From Bacteroidota bacterium (GTDB lineage: Bacteria > Bacteroidota > Bacteroidia > 2-12-FULL-35-15): a DNA stretch of 64,000 nucleotides. Positions 43,125 through 52,440 of the stretch are shown in pieces. The DNA lies in assembly GCA_947447995.1 (NCBI GenBank), contig CANFLQ010000002.1:14002-78001 (forward strand). Direction: 5' to 3'. Within the stretch, counting starts at the first letter, position 1. Each line of letters opens with the position of its first letter. A model generated the notes under the pieces. It was given only the letters and a program-made list of their open reading frames with translations, did no database searches and was not told where the DNA came from. The position numbers and the translations under genes were made by a program.

Positions 43125-43925
43125 ATGTTAACCAAATCACTTTCTTTAAAACCATCAGAACTAAAAGATTTTTTAGACGAAAAACATGACCAATACAATC
43201 GTTTAAATTTTATAGAATCGGATCCAATTTCTATTCCTCACCAATTTACAAAAAAGGAGGATATTGAAATAGCCGGATTTTTGGCTGCAACTATTGCCTG
43301 GGGACAACGTGTTACTATTATTAAAAATGCGAATAAATTAATTAAATTAATGGATAGCAGTCCGTTTGATTTTGTAATGAATGCTAAGGAAAAAGACTTT
43401 GATTGTTTTGCTAATTTTAAACACCGAACATTCAACGGAATAGACGCTGTATTTTTTATGAAGTCATTACAAAATATTTATAAAAAACACAATGGTTTGC
43501 AAAATGCTTTTAGCTTCTCTCCCACTCGTTCCAATAAAAAGCTGATAGACATAAAAATATCTATTTCTAATTTCAGACAAATCTTTTTTTCCATTCCTTA
43601 TCCCAATAGAACTAGCAAACATGTTTCCAATCCATCTGAAAATTCATCTTCAAAGCGATTGTGTATGTATTTACGCTGGATGGTGCGTAAGGATAATCGT
43701 AAAGTGGATTTTGGAATATGGGATGTTTCCCCTTCCATACTTATGTGCCCTTTAGATGTGCATTCTGGAAATGTAGCACGCAAACTGGGGTTGTTAAATC
43801 GTACTCAAAACGATTGGAAGGCTGTTGAAGAATTAACAAATAATCTAAAAATTTTAGATGCCAAAGATCCTGTAAAATATGATTTTGCTTTGTTCGGATT
43901 GGGAGTATTTGAAAATTTTAATTAA
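43125..43925 (+). CDS. TIGR02757/DUF2400 family protein
   Basis: FIESDPISIPH, AWGQR, FKHRTFN, SKRLCMYLRWMVR, PLDVHS, DPVKYDFALFGLG. Confidence 0.85.
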   Translation: MLTKSLSLKPSELKDFLDEKHDQYNRLNFIESDPISIPHQFTKKEDIEIAGFLAATIAWGQRVTIIKNANKLIKLMDSSPFDFVMNAKEKDFDCFANFKHRTFNGIDAVFFMKSLQNIYKKHNGLQNAFSFSPTRSNKKLIDIKISISNFRQIFFSIPYPNRTSKHVSNPSENSSSKRLCMYLRWMVRKDNRKVDFGIWDVSPSILMCPLDVHSGNVARKLGLLNRTQNDWKAVEELTNNLKILDAKDPVKYDFALFGLGVFENFN

Positions 43926-43965
43926 ATTAACCAATTTCAATCATTTTAATATCAATTAATTATAT

Positions 43966-45321
43966 TTAAACGGTTGAACTAAAAATACTTGTAAGTGGTG
44001 CATTGCGAGATAACTTAGCATCAAATGCCATACAAATATTACGAATGAACGGGCGGGCAGAATCTTTCACTTTTAAATGAAGATGAGTAAGTTCTATAAG
44101 TTGATCCTTTTCCATTTCTATTAATCGGTTAAGCGCCTCATTAATCCAAGCCAATTTTTCAGTGGGTTTATCCCATGAAGTCTGGAATTTACACATAATA
44201 TTTAAAATGTGTTTCCTTACAATTAAATCTTCTTCGTTTAGCAAATGACCTTTAAAAATTGGAATTTGTCCCTTATCAATTAAGGCGTAATACTCTTCTA
44301 CCTTTTTTACATTTTGGGCATAAGCATACCAAGTATCACTTATTGAAGATACTCCTAAGCCAATCATTAATTGAGTATAACTATGTGTATACCCCATAAA
44401 ATTTCGATGCAATTTTCCATTCTCAGCTGCTTTAAAAAGCGAATCGGATTTCAAAGAAAAATGATCCATCCCAATTTCGACATAACCATTCTGCGAAAAT
44501 AAATCCTTGCCAATTTCATATAAAGCACGTTTTTCTTCATCAACCGGCAAATCGTTTTCGGTAAATTTCCGTTGTCCGGGTTTTACCCATGGAATATGTG
44601 CATAGCTATAAAAAGCTATCCTATCAGGCTTAAGCAAATTTACTTTATTGATGGTATCTACTACGCTATTGCGAGTTTGAAGCGGTAAGCCATAAATCAA
44701 ATCGAAATTGATAGAAGTATAACCAATTTTTCTAGCTGCATCTACGACTCTTTCAACACTTTCAAAAGGCTGTATCCTATTCACAATTGCCTGCACTTTT
44801 GGGTCAAAATCCTGAATTCCTAAACTCAATCTTCTAAATCCTAATTGATATAAAGTTTCTAAATGAGCATTACTAGTATTATTGGGATGGGCTTCAAAAC
44901 TAAATTCAGCATCATCACATACCACAGCTTTAGAAGTGATACCCTCGATCAATTGTTTTAAATGAATTGGAGAAAAAAAGGTAGGCGTGCCTCCACCTAA
45001 ATGAAGTTCTTTTATCTTTGGTTTTTCACCAAACACTTCCAAATACAAATCCCACTCTTTTAACAAAGCAGTAATGTAGGGTGTTTCAACAGCATGATTC
45101 ACTGTAATGCGCGTATTGCAACCGCAGTAAGTACATAAACTTTCGCAGAATGGAAGATGAATATAAATTGAAATACCATCCGTTGCATTGGTTTCTATAA
45201 ATGATTGTTTAATACTTGCTGTCCATTGATTAATTGTTGGTGGTATTTCATTCCAATACGGCACAGTGGGATAACTCGTATATCGTGGACCTGCAACATT
45301 GTATTTTTGAATTAAACTCAT
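43966..45321 (-). CDS. hemN: oxygen-independent coproporphyrinogen III oxidase
   Basis: KYNVAGPRYTSYPT, YIHLPFCESLCTYCGC, GGGTPT, GIQDF, IGMDHF, LHRNFMGY. Confidence 0.96.
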   Translation of the reverse strand: MSLIQKYNVAGPRYTSYPTVPYWNEIPPTINQWTASIKQSFIETNATDGISIYIHLPFCESLCTYCGCNTRITVNHAVETPYITALLKEWDLYLEVFGEKPKIKELHLGGGTPTFFSPIHLKQLIEGITSKAVVCDDAEFSFEAHPNNTSNAHLETLYQLGFRRLSLGIQDFDPKVQAIVNRIQPFESVERVVDAARKIGYTSINFDLIYGLPLQTRNSVVDTINKVNLLKPDRIAFYSYAHIPWVKPGQRKFTENDLPVDEEKRALYEIGKDLFSQNGYVEIGMDHFSLKSDSLFKAAENGKLHRNFMGYTHSYTQLMIGLGVSSISDTWYAYAQNVKKVEEYYALIDKGQIPIFKGHLLNEEDLIVRKHILNIMCKFQTSWDKPTEKLAWINEALNRLIEMEKDQLIELTHLHLKVKDSARPFIRNICMAFDAKLSRNAPLTSIFSSTV

Positions 45322-45369
45322 CTAATATTTATTATTTTCACTTTAAATAAAACAAACTATTTGTTTGAT

Positions 45370-45819
45370 TTACAATAAATTATCTTCACAAAACCATTCA
45401 GCATACGATGTTTCCGTTTCCTGCAATTTTAAACGATTCAACTCAATATCCTTTGGCAATTGCATTTTTATTTGTTGAGCTATATCTATCAACATATTTT
45501 CACAGGTAGGTTGATAATTCACTAAAACCAATTTGCTAAATAAGATGTTTCCTTCCGCTAATTTTTTGTGGGGCGATTTTGCATTCAGAATGGTAGCATG
45601 ATCCAATTGTTCTATAATAGGTTTAACAATAGCTTTTATCTCATTAAAATCCATCACCATACCTTGTTTTACATGTTTTGGATCCTTAATTGGCTGACCT
45701 TTTACTGTAACAGATAAACAATAAGAATGTCCGTGTATGTTTTTACATGGACCGTCATATCCTGAAAGCGCATGTGCCATTTCAAAATGAAATTCTTTTG
45801 TAATCCTAACATTATTCAT
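45370..45819 (-). CDS. queD: 6-carboxy-5,6,7,8-tetrahydropterin synthase (PTPS/QueD)
   Basis: FEMAH, CKNIHGHSY (CxxxHGH), GMVMDF, LDH, PTCEN, LQET. Confidence 0.9.
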   Translation of the reverse strand: MNNVRITKEFHFEMAHALSGYDGPCKNIHGHSYCLSVTVKGQPIKDPKHVKQGMVMDFNEIKAIVKPIIEQLDHATILNAKSPHKKLAEGNILFSKLVLVNYQPTCENMLIDIAQQIKMQLPKDIELNRLKLQETETSYAEWFCEDNLL

Positions 45820-45850
45820 AGCATTGATTTTTATAATTATTTTTTACAAA

Positions 45851-46561
45851 TCATTTATGACAACACTTGTGAACCATTGGTTTTACAGTCGACATTTCTG
45901 GACTCACATAAGGTATACCTAAATTCATACCTCTTAAAATCAATAACAAAGCTGTAGTTACAATAAATATAGGCATGGCTTTATTAACCCTACTTCTAAA
46001 TTTTAAACTAATGGCATTACCAAACACCGACAATACGAACATAGCAGGTAAAGTTCCGAAACCAAACATAGCCATGAACAAAACCCCATCTAAACTATTT
46101 CCAGTGGCAATGGCACCTGCAATGCCTAAATAAACCAATCCGCAAGGCAATAAACCATTTAAAATACCAATAGAAAACAAAGTACTCATGTTTCGTTTTT
46201 TGAACAACATACTCAAGGATTGTTTTAATTTTCCAATGCCTGAATAAATAAAGCCTGTAATCTTATATCCACTAAAAACACTGTTCGGCAATAATACCAT
46301 CAGCAATATAGCTACCCCTAAAACAATGGAAGTAAGTTGCTGATAGCCAGCAATAACTACGCTTTGCCCTACCAACCCAAAAAAGCCTCCCAAAATACCG
46401 TAAGTGAACATTCGTCCGAAATTGTATATTAGTATTCCGCTGATTTTTGTGAATGCTGATTCCTGATTTAACGGTAAAGCCAAGGCTATTGGTCCGCACA
46501 TTCCAACACAGTGGAAGCTACCAATAAAACCTAACGTTATTGCCGTTAAAATAATATTCAT
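45851..46561 (-). CDS. DsbD_2/TauE-SafE-like cbb3-associated membrane protein
   Basis: GSFHCVGMCGP, YNFGR..TY, NGLLPCGLVY, FGFGTLPAM, C-terminal HKCCHK; start moved to ATG 46561. Confidence 0.88.
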   Translation of the reverse strand: MNIILTAITLGFIGSFHCVGMCGPIALALPLNQESAFTKISGILIYNFGRMFTYGILGGFFGLVGQSVVIAGYQQLTSIVLGVAILLMVLLPNSVFSGYKITGFIYSGIGKLKQSLSMLFKKRNMSTLFSIGILNGLLPCGLVYLGIAGAIATGNSLDGVLFMAMFGFGTLPAMFVLSVFGNAISLKFRSRVNKAMPIFIVTTALLLILRGMNLGIPYVSPEMSTVKPMVHKCCHK

Positions 46562-46565
46562 TGTA

Positions 46566-47012
46566 TTATGGTATAACAATTACCTCTTCTGAAAAATATT
46601 TTTTTTCAGTGACTGTCCAGTTGATTTGTAATTTATACATTCCTTTATATAAATTGTTTAAAGCAATGATTTTCTGTGTATTATTATTCAAATTAATGGT
46701 CGATTTAAAATCTTTAGATTTATCGGAAGGTCTAAAAAAATAGATTTCTCCTTGCACTTTTTGACCTTTAAACAGACTAGGAAATTGCAACTGAATTTCC
46801 GATGCTGAAATTGTGTGGGTGATTTTTTCGGATAAGGCATTGGCATTATTCATTTCATTTATCTTATCCTGAAATGCAAGTTCTCGTTCATAATAATCGT
46901 CGCTTACCAAATCAACTTGCTGATTAACACAAACATATACCATAACACCTATCATTAATACGAATGAACTATACAATACGGCAATTTTTGTACCCCAGCT
47001 TATGTTTATCAT
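46566..47012 (-). CDS. ccoH: FixH/CcoH family protein
   Basis: SWGTKI TM, DLVSDDYYERELAFQ, FRPSD..KD; position after ccoG. Confidence 0.85.
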   Translation of the reverse strand: MINISWGTKIAVLYSSFVLMIGVMVYVCVNQQVDLVSDDYYERELAFQDKINEMNNANALSEKITHTISASEIQLQFPSLFKGQKVQGEIYFFRPSDKSKDFKSTINLNNNTQKIIALNNLYKGMYKLQINWTVTEKKYFSEEVIVIP

Positions 47013-47045
47013 AACTACAACATTTAATATTAAAACTCCTTATTC

Positions 47046-48452
47046 CTATTTTTTGGGGACCACACCTAAAAAATTGGTTTGAACGGTTTCTATTTTTTTT
47101 CCTTTAGTATACACCCCAATAGTCAGTTTTGTTTTTCTGTTTTTTATATCCTTTTTATTCAGGATGATAAAAAACTCGCCGCTTGCTACGTTTTCTTTTC
47201 CTACTTGAATTACATTTCTACCAATCATTTTAATTTTACCGGAACCAGATTCTAGGGTGAGAACTATAGGTAAATCTTTTCTTGTTTTATTTACCAGTTT
47301 AATGTTATATAAATTACTTAAACAATTATCAGGTTGTTCTTGATATAACATTCCTGGAGTCCTTAAAATACTGGTTTCCACATCTGTTCTGCTTACCAAT
47401 ACGGTTATCAAAACTCCAATTAATAAAGTAAGAACTATTGAATATGAAATAATACGGGGCGTAATTTTTAATTTTGTTTTGTTGGCAATACCATTCTCCG
47501 AATCGTAACGTATCAATCCTTTCTTTTTACCAACACTTTCCATCATGTGGTCACAAACATCGATACAAGCGGTGCAATTAACACACTCCAACTGAGTACC
47601 GTTGCGGATATCGATTCCTGTAGGACAAACTTTTACACATTGAAAACAATCGATACAATCCCCTTTTGTTACTTCTTGTTTTTTTGAATATTTTGCTCTT
47701 GGCTCACCACGTAGATAATCGTAGGCAACCAAAATTGAATTTTTATCCAACAAAACACCTTGTAATCTACCATAAGGACAAACAACTATACAAGCCTGTT
47801 CTCTGAACCAATAAAAAACGCCAAAAAATATCCCGGTAAAAATCAATAAGGAAATTAAAGTACTGATATTGTTAGCGATAGGTTCAACTATCATTTTTTC
47901 TAATTCATCAATACCTATAATATATGCTAAAAAGGTATTTGCCACCGCAAATGAAACGGCAAAAAATACGGCAATTTTTGAACCTCTTTTTCTTATTTTT
48001 TCAGCATTCCAAGGTAATTTATCTAATGCTTTTTGGTGAGTCGCATCTCCCTCTATCCAATATTCAATTTTACGGAATACCATTTCCATTAATACTGTTT
48101 GAGGACAAGCCCAACCGCAAAACACCCTACCAAATACAACCGTAAAAAGAACGATAAACACAATAAATGTTAGCATCCCCAACACAAATAAGAACAAATC
48201 CTGAGGCCAAAACACCACGCCAAACAAAATAAATTTTCGTTCAATCAGGTTGAGCAAAAAAGGAGGCTCACCGTGTATTTTCATAAACGGTAAGAAAAAA
48301 AATATGGCTAAGTAAACAATACTTAATACCGTTCTTTTATTATACAGCTTTCCTTTTGGCTTTTGCGCAAATATCCAAACTCGTTTTCCGTCTTTTACGG
48401 TTGCTATCGTATCACGAAACGATCCACTCTCCAACTCTCCATCTTTTTCCAT
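47046..48452 (-). CDS. ccoG: cbb3 oxidase accessory protein CcoG (FixG)
   Basis: GRVFCGWACPQT, CIVVCPYGRLQ, CIDCFQCVKVCPTGIDIR, ECVNCTACIDVC; start moved to ATG 48452. Confidence 0.95.
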   Translation of the reverse strand: MEKDGELESGSFRDTIATVKDGKRVWIFAQKPKGKLYNKRTVLSIVYLAIFFFLPFMKIHGEPPFLLNLIERKFILFGVVFWPQDLFLFVLGMLTFIVFIVLFTVVFGRVFCGWACPQTVLMEMVFRKIEYWIEGDATHQKALDKLPWNAEKIRKRGSKIAVFFAVSFAVANTFLAYIIGIDELEKMIVEPIANNISTLISLLIFTGIFFGVFYWFREQACIVVCPYGRLQGVLLDKNSILVAYDYLRGEPRAKYSKKQEVTKGDCIDCFQCVKVCPTGIDIRNGTQLECVNCTACIDVCDHMMESVGKKKGLIRYDSENGIANKTKLKITPRIISYSIVLTLLIGVLITVLVSRTDVETSILRTPGMLYQEQPDNCLSNLYNIKLVNKTRKDLPIVLTLESGSGKIKMIGRNVIQVGKENVASGEFFIILNKKDIKNRKTKLTIGVYTKGKKIETVQTNFLGVVPKK

Positions 48453-48456
48453 AAAA

Positions 48457-49641
48457 CTATTTTGCAACCACCTTTAAGCTATCCACCATTGGAGCAATGG
48501 CGGTACTATCTGTTTTTAATGAATCTGAAACAATTGCAGATTCAGAATAAAGTTCACCTTGAGGAGCTTTTGCGTTAACCGGATTGCTTCCTTTCAACGT
48601 TTTAATATAAGAAGCCAGTTGATGAATTTGTACAGGAGAAAAATCGGCCTGCCATGCTTTCATCCCCTTATCGGACCAACCATATTTAATTGAAGTAAAT
48701 ACATCTTTTATACTTCCTCCGTGCAACCAATACTCATCCGTTAAATTAGGACCTACTCCACCTTCGCCTAATTTACCATGGCAAGCAAAACAATTTTCTT
48801 TATAAATTGCCTCACCTTTAGTAATTTCGGCTTGGTCGGTTAACATGGTTACTGAATTTTCATTCACATTGTTAGCATTCTTTTTTTGATATTCTTCCTT
48901 TGCAATAGAGGCTGCAACAATTGATCTGTTGTATTCATCGGCTTGTAACATTTCTTTGCCAATAACATGATGGTCTAATAAATAAACAACTGCAAAAACA
49001 ATGGTCAAATAAAATCCATATTTCCACCACGGTGGCAAATCATTATCCAACTCTCTGATACCATCATAATTATGATCAAGCATAATATCACTTTCTTTTT
49101 CTATTGCAACTGAGGCGTTCATTATTTCAAAAAATGAAGGTTCCTCAACCTTTATTTCAATTTCTTTTTTGGTAAATAACTTAATACAACTTATAAGGAT
49201 GCCAATAATTAAAACTTCAAAACCAATCAGTAACAACATTAAATAAAGCAATCCGTCAGGCAAGTTTATACTATTTGTAACAGTATTTGAATCAACTGTT
49301 TGTGAAAATAATTGCTGCCCCGAAGAAACAAATATTATAAATGCTATTACCCCTATCATTTTACCGGAATTATCTTTACTTTTTTCATTTCCAATAGCGG
49401 CAACATTTTTTAATACACCTCCTAAAACAGCTATTACAATTATCAACATAACAATAACACCTAACAACACATTAAATAATGGAATTGAAAAAAGTGACAA
49501 TGAATTAATCGTTTCAACTGTTTCAGAGTTTTGAGCCATAGAACTATAACCAATCAAGATTGCTAATCCTGTTAATACATATTTAGAATAATCTCTTTTA
49601 AATGACTCTAAACGTGGAAATATATTTTTTTTCATATTCAT
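48457..49641 (-). CDS. ccoP: cbb3-type cytochrome c oxidase subunit III (single heme, extended N-terminus)
   Basis: DHNYDGIRELDNDLPPWW, CFACH, GPNLTDEYWLHGG, GMKAW. Confidence 0.92.
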   Translation of the reverse strand: MNMKKNIFPRLESFKRDYSKYVLTGLAILIGYSSMAQNSETVETINSLSLFSIPLFNVLLGVIVMLIIVIAVLGGVLKNVAAIGNEKSKDNSGKMIGVIAFIIFVSSGQQLFSQTVDSNTVTNSINLPDGLLYLMLLLIGFEVLIIGILISCIKLFTKKEIEIKVEEPSFFEIMNASVAIEKESDIMLDHNYDGIRELDNDLPPWWKYGFYLTIVFAVVYLLDHHVIGKEMLQADEYNRSIVAASIAKEEYQKKNANNVNENSVTMLTDQAEITKGEAIYKENCFACHGKLGEGGVGPNLTDEYWLHGGSIKDVFTSIKYGWSDKGMKAWQADFSPVQIHQLASYIKTLKGSNPVNAKAPQGELYSESAIVSDSLKTDSTAIAPMVDSLKVVAK

Positions 49642-49726
49642 ATAATTTATATTTTTTATTGCCCATCTTGATCCGTCAGACTTTTCAATTTTATAATACT
49701 AACTCAAAAAACGGACAGACAACTGA

Positions 49727-49885
49727 TTAGTTAAGAGGAATGTTCTTCATTTCTGCAATTTTCTCCTTTTTTACCGTAACTGCCCATAAAATAAGTACAA
49801 GGAAGAAAACAAAGAAGATACCTAAAGAAATCATCGGATAGATTGATATCCCTGATATTGTTTCCAAATAATGTTTAAATTTCAT
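49727..49885 (-). CDS. ccoQ: cbb3-type cytochrome oxidase subunit CcoQ (not in ORF track)
   Basis: Hand translation MKFKHYLETISGISIYPMISLGIFFVFFLVLILWAVTVKKEKIAEMKNIPLN* (52 aa, one TM, C-terminal IPL) between ccoNO and ccoP. Confidence 0.88.
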   Translation of the reverse strand: MKFKHYLETISGISIYPMISLGIFFVFFLVLILWAVTVKKEKIAEMKNIPLN

Positions 49886-49896
49886 ATCTATATATT

Positions 49897-52029
49897 TTAT
49901 TTTTTAGTAGTAAAAACTTGATTATTCGCTTTAATGTCTTTTCCTAATCGTTGTAAATAAGCTATTACCGCAATAATTTCTTTGTCGCTAGTAGTTTCTA
50001 TTCCATCTTTTTTTAGTCCGGCAGTTATCAAATCGGCTTGAACCATTAATGCTTTATTTGCAATTTTATCATACCCTTGCGGATAAGGAACACCTAATGT
50101 TATCATTGCTCTAATTTTAGGAGCTGTGCTAGATGTATCTAAATTATCATCCAACATGAATTGATATGCAGGCATAATGGAACCAGGCGACATAGTACTT
50201 GGATCTAACATGTGATTGTAATGCCATGAATCGGGATATTTTCCACCTTCTCGTGCTAAATCGGGACCGGTGCGTTTTGAACCCCACAAAAACGGATGGT
50301 CATATACAAACTCCCCTGCTTTAGAATATTCGCCATAACGCTCTGTATCAAAACGTAATGGGCGAATCATTTGAGAATGACAAGTTGAGCAACCCTCACG
50401 GATATAAATATCACGCCCTTGTAACTCGAGCGGTGTATATGGTTTTACACTTGCAATAGTCGGGATATTTGATTTTATCATAAAGGTTGGAATCATTTCA
50501 ATAGCTCCTCCTATCAAAACAACAACTAAACTAAATACCATCAATTGGATAGGTTTACGTTCAATCCAACGGTGCCAGTGTTCTCCTTCATGGCTACCTT
50601 CTATTTTTGAAAGAGCGGGAGCTTGTGCATCTTCATTTTCCAATAAATTACCTTGTTTAATTGTTTTTATCATATTGTAAATCATGATGATAAAGCCAAA
50701 TAAATACATGGCTCCACCGATTGATCTCATAATATACATCGATCTAAGCTGAGTTACTGTTTCAAGAAAATTTGGATATTTTAAGAAACCCTCAGGAGTA
50801 AATTGTTGCCACATAAAGTATTGGGTAAAACCCGCCCAATATAAAGGAATTGCATAAAACAAAATACCTAATGAACCCAACCAAAAATGCCAGTTGGCTA
50901 ATTTTTTAGAATATAAATCTGTTTGATAAATTCTTGGAATCAACCAATATAAGATACCAAAAGTTAAGAAGCCGTTCCAACCTAAAGCACCAATATGAAC
51001 GTGAGCTACTATCCAATCTGTAAAGTGAGCAATGGCATTTACTTTTTTCAATGAAAGCATAGGACCTTCAAAAGTTGCCATACCATAAGCTGTGATAGCT
51101 ACCACCATAAATTTCAACACAACACTTTCACGTACCTTATCCCATGCCCCTCTAAGTGTTAATAAGCCATTAATCATCCCACCCCAAGATGGGGCAATCA
51201 ACATGATTGAAAATACAACACCTAATGATTGAGCCCAATCTGGTAATGCAGTATATAATAAATGGTGAGGACCAGCCCAAATGTATAGAAATATTAGAGC
51301 CCAAAAATGGATAATGGATAACCTGTATGAATAAACCGGACGTTCGGCAGCTTTAGGAATAAAATAATACATCAAACCTAAATAAGGGGTTGTTAAGAAA
51401 AACGCCACCGCATTGTGCCCATACCACCATTGCACCAATGCATCCTGAACACCGGCATATACAGGGTAACTTTTAAAAAGTGATACAGGGATTTCAACAG
51501 AATTAACAACATGAAGAACTGTAACGGTTACAAATGTTGCAATGTAAAACCAAATAGCTACATATAAATGACGCTCTCTTCGTTTTAAAATAGTTCCAAA
51601 CATATTCCAACCGAATATCAACCAAGTTATAGCAATAGCAACATCTATTGGCCATTCTAACTCGGCATATTCTTTACCTGTAGTTAAACCCAGAGGTAAA
51701 GAAAGCGCACCGGCAATAATTATTAACTGCCATAACCAAAAGTGAACTTTGCTTAAAGTGTCGTTATACATACGTGCTTTACACAAACGCTGAAGGGAAT
51801 AATAAACTCCCATAAAAATACCATTCCCAACAAATGCGAAAGCTACGGCATTGGTATGTACGGGACGAATACGACCGAAGGAAGCTATAGGAATAAAATT
51901 TAAAGCAGGGAAAATCAATTCTAATGCAATGTATAAACCAACGGTCATCCCTGCCAAGCCCCAAATAATTGTAGCAATTGCAAACTGTTTAACAATTTTG
52001 TTGTCGTACGAAAACTTTTCTAATTCCAT
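49897..52029 (-). CDS. ccoN: fused cbb3-type cytochrome c oxidase subunits I/II (CcoN-CcoO)
   Basis: RPVHTNA, QWWYGHNAV, WAGPHH, HVH, then GRDIYIREGCSTCHSQMIRP, WGSKRTGPDL, SIMP. Confidence 0.97.
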   Translation of the reverse strand: MELEKFSYDNKIVKQFAIATIIWGLAGMTVGLYIALELIFPALNFIPIASFGRIRPVHTNAVAFAFVGNGIFMGVYYSLQRLCKARMYNDTLSKVHFWLWQLIIIAGALSLPLGLTTGKEYAELEWPIDVAIAITWLIFGWNMFGTILKRRERHLYVAIWFYIATFVTVTVLHVVNSVEIPVSLFKSYPVYAGVQDALVQWWYGHNAVAFFLTTPYLGLMYYFIPKAAERPVYSYRLSIIHFWALIFLYIWAGPHHLLYTALPDWAQSLGVVFSIMLIAPSWGGMINGLLTLRGAWDKVRESVVLKFMVVAITAYGMATFEGPMLSLKKVNAIAHFTDWIVAHVHIGALGWNGFLTFGILYWLIPRIYQTDLYSKKLANWHFWLGSLGILFYAIPLYWAGFTQYFMWQQFTPEGFLKYPNFLETVTQLRSMYIMRSIGGAMYLFGFIIMIYNMIKTIKQGNLLENEDAQAPALSKIEGSHEGEHWHRWIERKPIQLMVFSLVVVLIGGAIEMIPTFMIKSNIPTIASVKPYTPLELQGRDIYIREGCSTCHSQMIRPLRFDTERYGEYSKAGEFVYDHPFLWGSKRTGPDLAREGGKYPDSWHYNHMLDPSTMSPGSIMPAYQFMLDDNLDTSSTAPKIRAMITLGVPYPQGYDKIANKALMVQADLITAGLKKDGIETTSDKEIIAVIAYLQRLGKDIKANNQVFTTKK

Positions 52030-52080
52030 AAGGTTTTACTATTTGAGATTTTTGATTTACTTTTTACCCTTTTACTTATC

Positions 52081-52239
52081 TTATTTTTTCTTTTTCACCA
52101 CTTCATCATCAAATAACATACGAACCGATGGCGTATAATCATCATCGAATTGCCCATTTTTAACACTCCAAATAAATGCTATCAAAAAACCTAAGGCGGT
52201 TATAACACTGGCTCCTATAAGTACAAACAATACGCTCAT
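52081..52239 (-). CDS. ccoS: cbb3 oxidase assembly protein CcoS (not in ORF track)
   Basis: Hand translation MSVLFVLIGASVITALGFLIAFIWSVKNGQFDDDYTPSVRMLFDDEVVKKKK* (52 aa; W.V..GQFDD...R.LFDD motif). Confidence 0.92.
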   Translation of the reverse strand: MSVLFVLIGASVITALGFLIAFIWSVKNGQFDDDYTPSVRMLFDDEVVKKKK

Positions 52240-52265
52240 TGAGTAGGGTTATTAAAATTTCGCAA

Positions 52266-52333
52266 CAAAGTTATTGGTCAGGTTGGGGATAATTTATGAC
52301 GCTCGTCAGTTTAAGAATATGATACAAATCATA
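52266..52333 (-). promoter_or_regulatory. cco operon promoter with two Crp/Fnr-type boxes
   Basis: -7 TAACTTTG (minus, 52266-52273); TGACGCTCGTCA (52297-52308) and TATGATACAAATCATA (52318-52333). Confidence 0.75.
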
Positions 52334-52440
52334 CTTTTTTAAAACAGTTCGGGCTATTTTTACTTTTCATATAATTTTATATCGAGCTATTTATTAACTT
52401 TAAGCCAGCAAATTTTAATTTTAAAAGGGAAACCAGTAAA

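Noticed and set aside
49897..52029. CcoN-CcoO fusion as a novelty
   Set aside because: Known, typical arrangement in Bacteroidota
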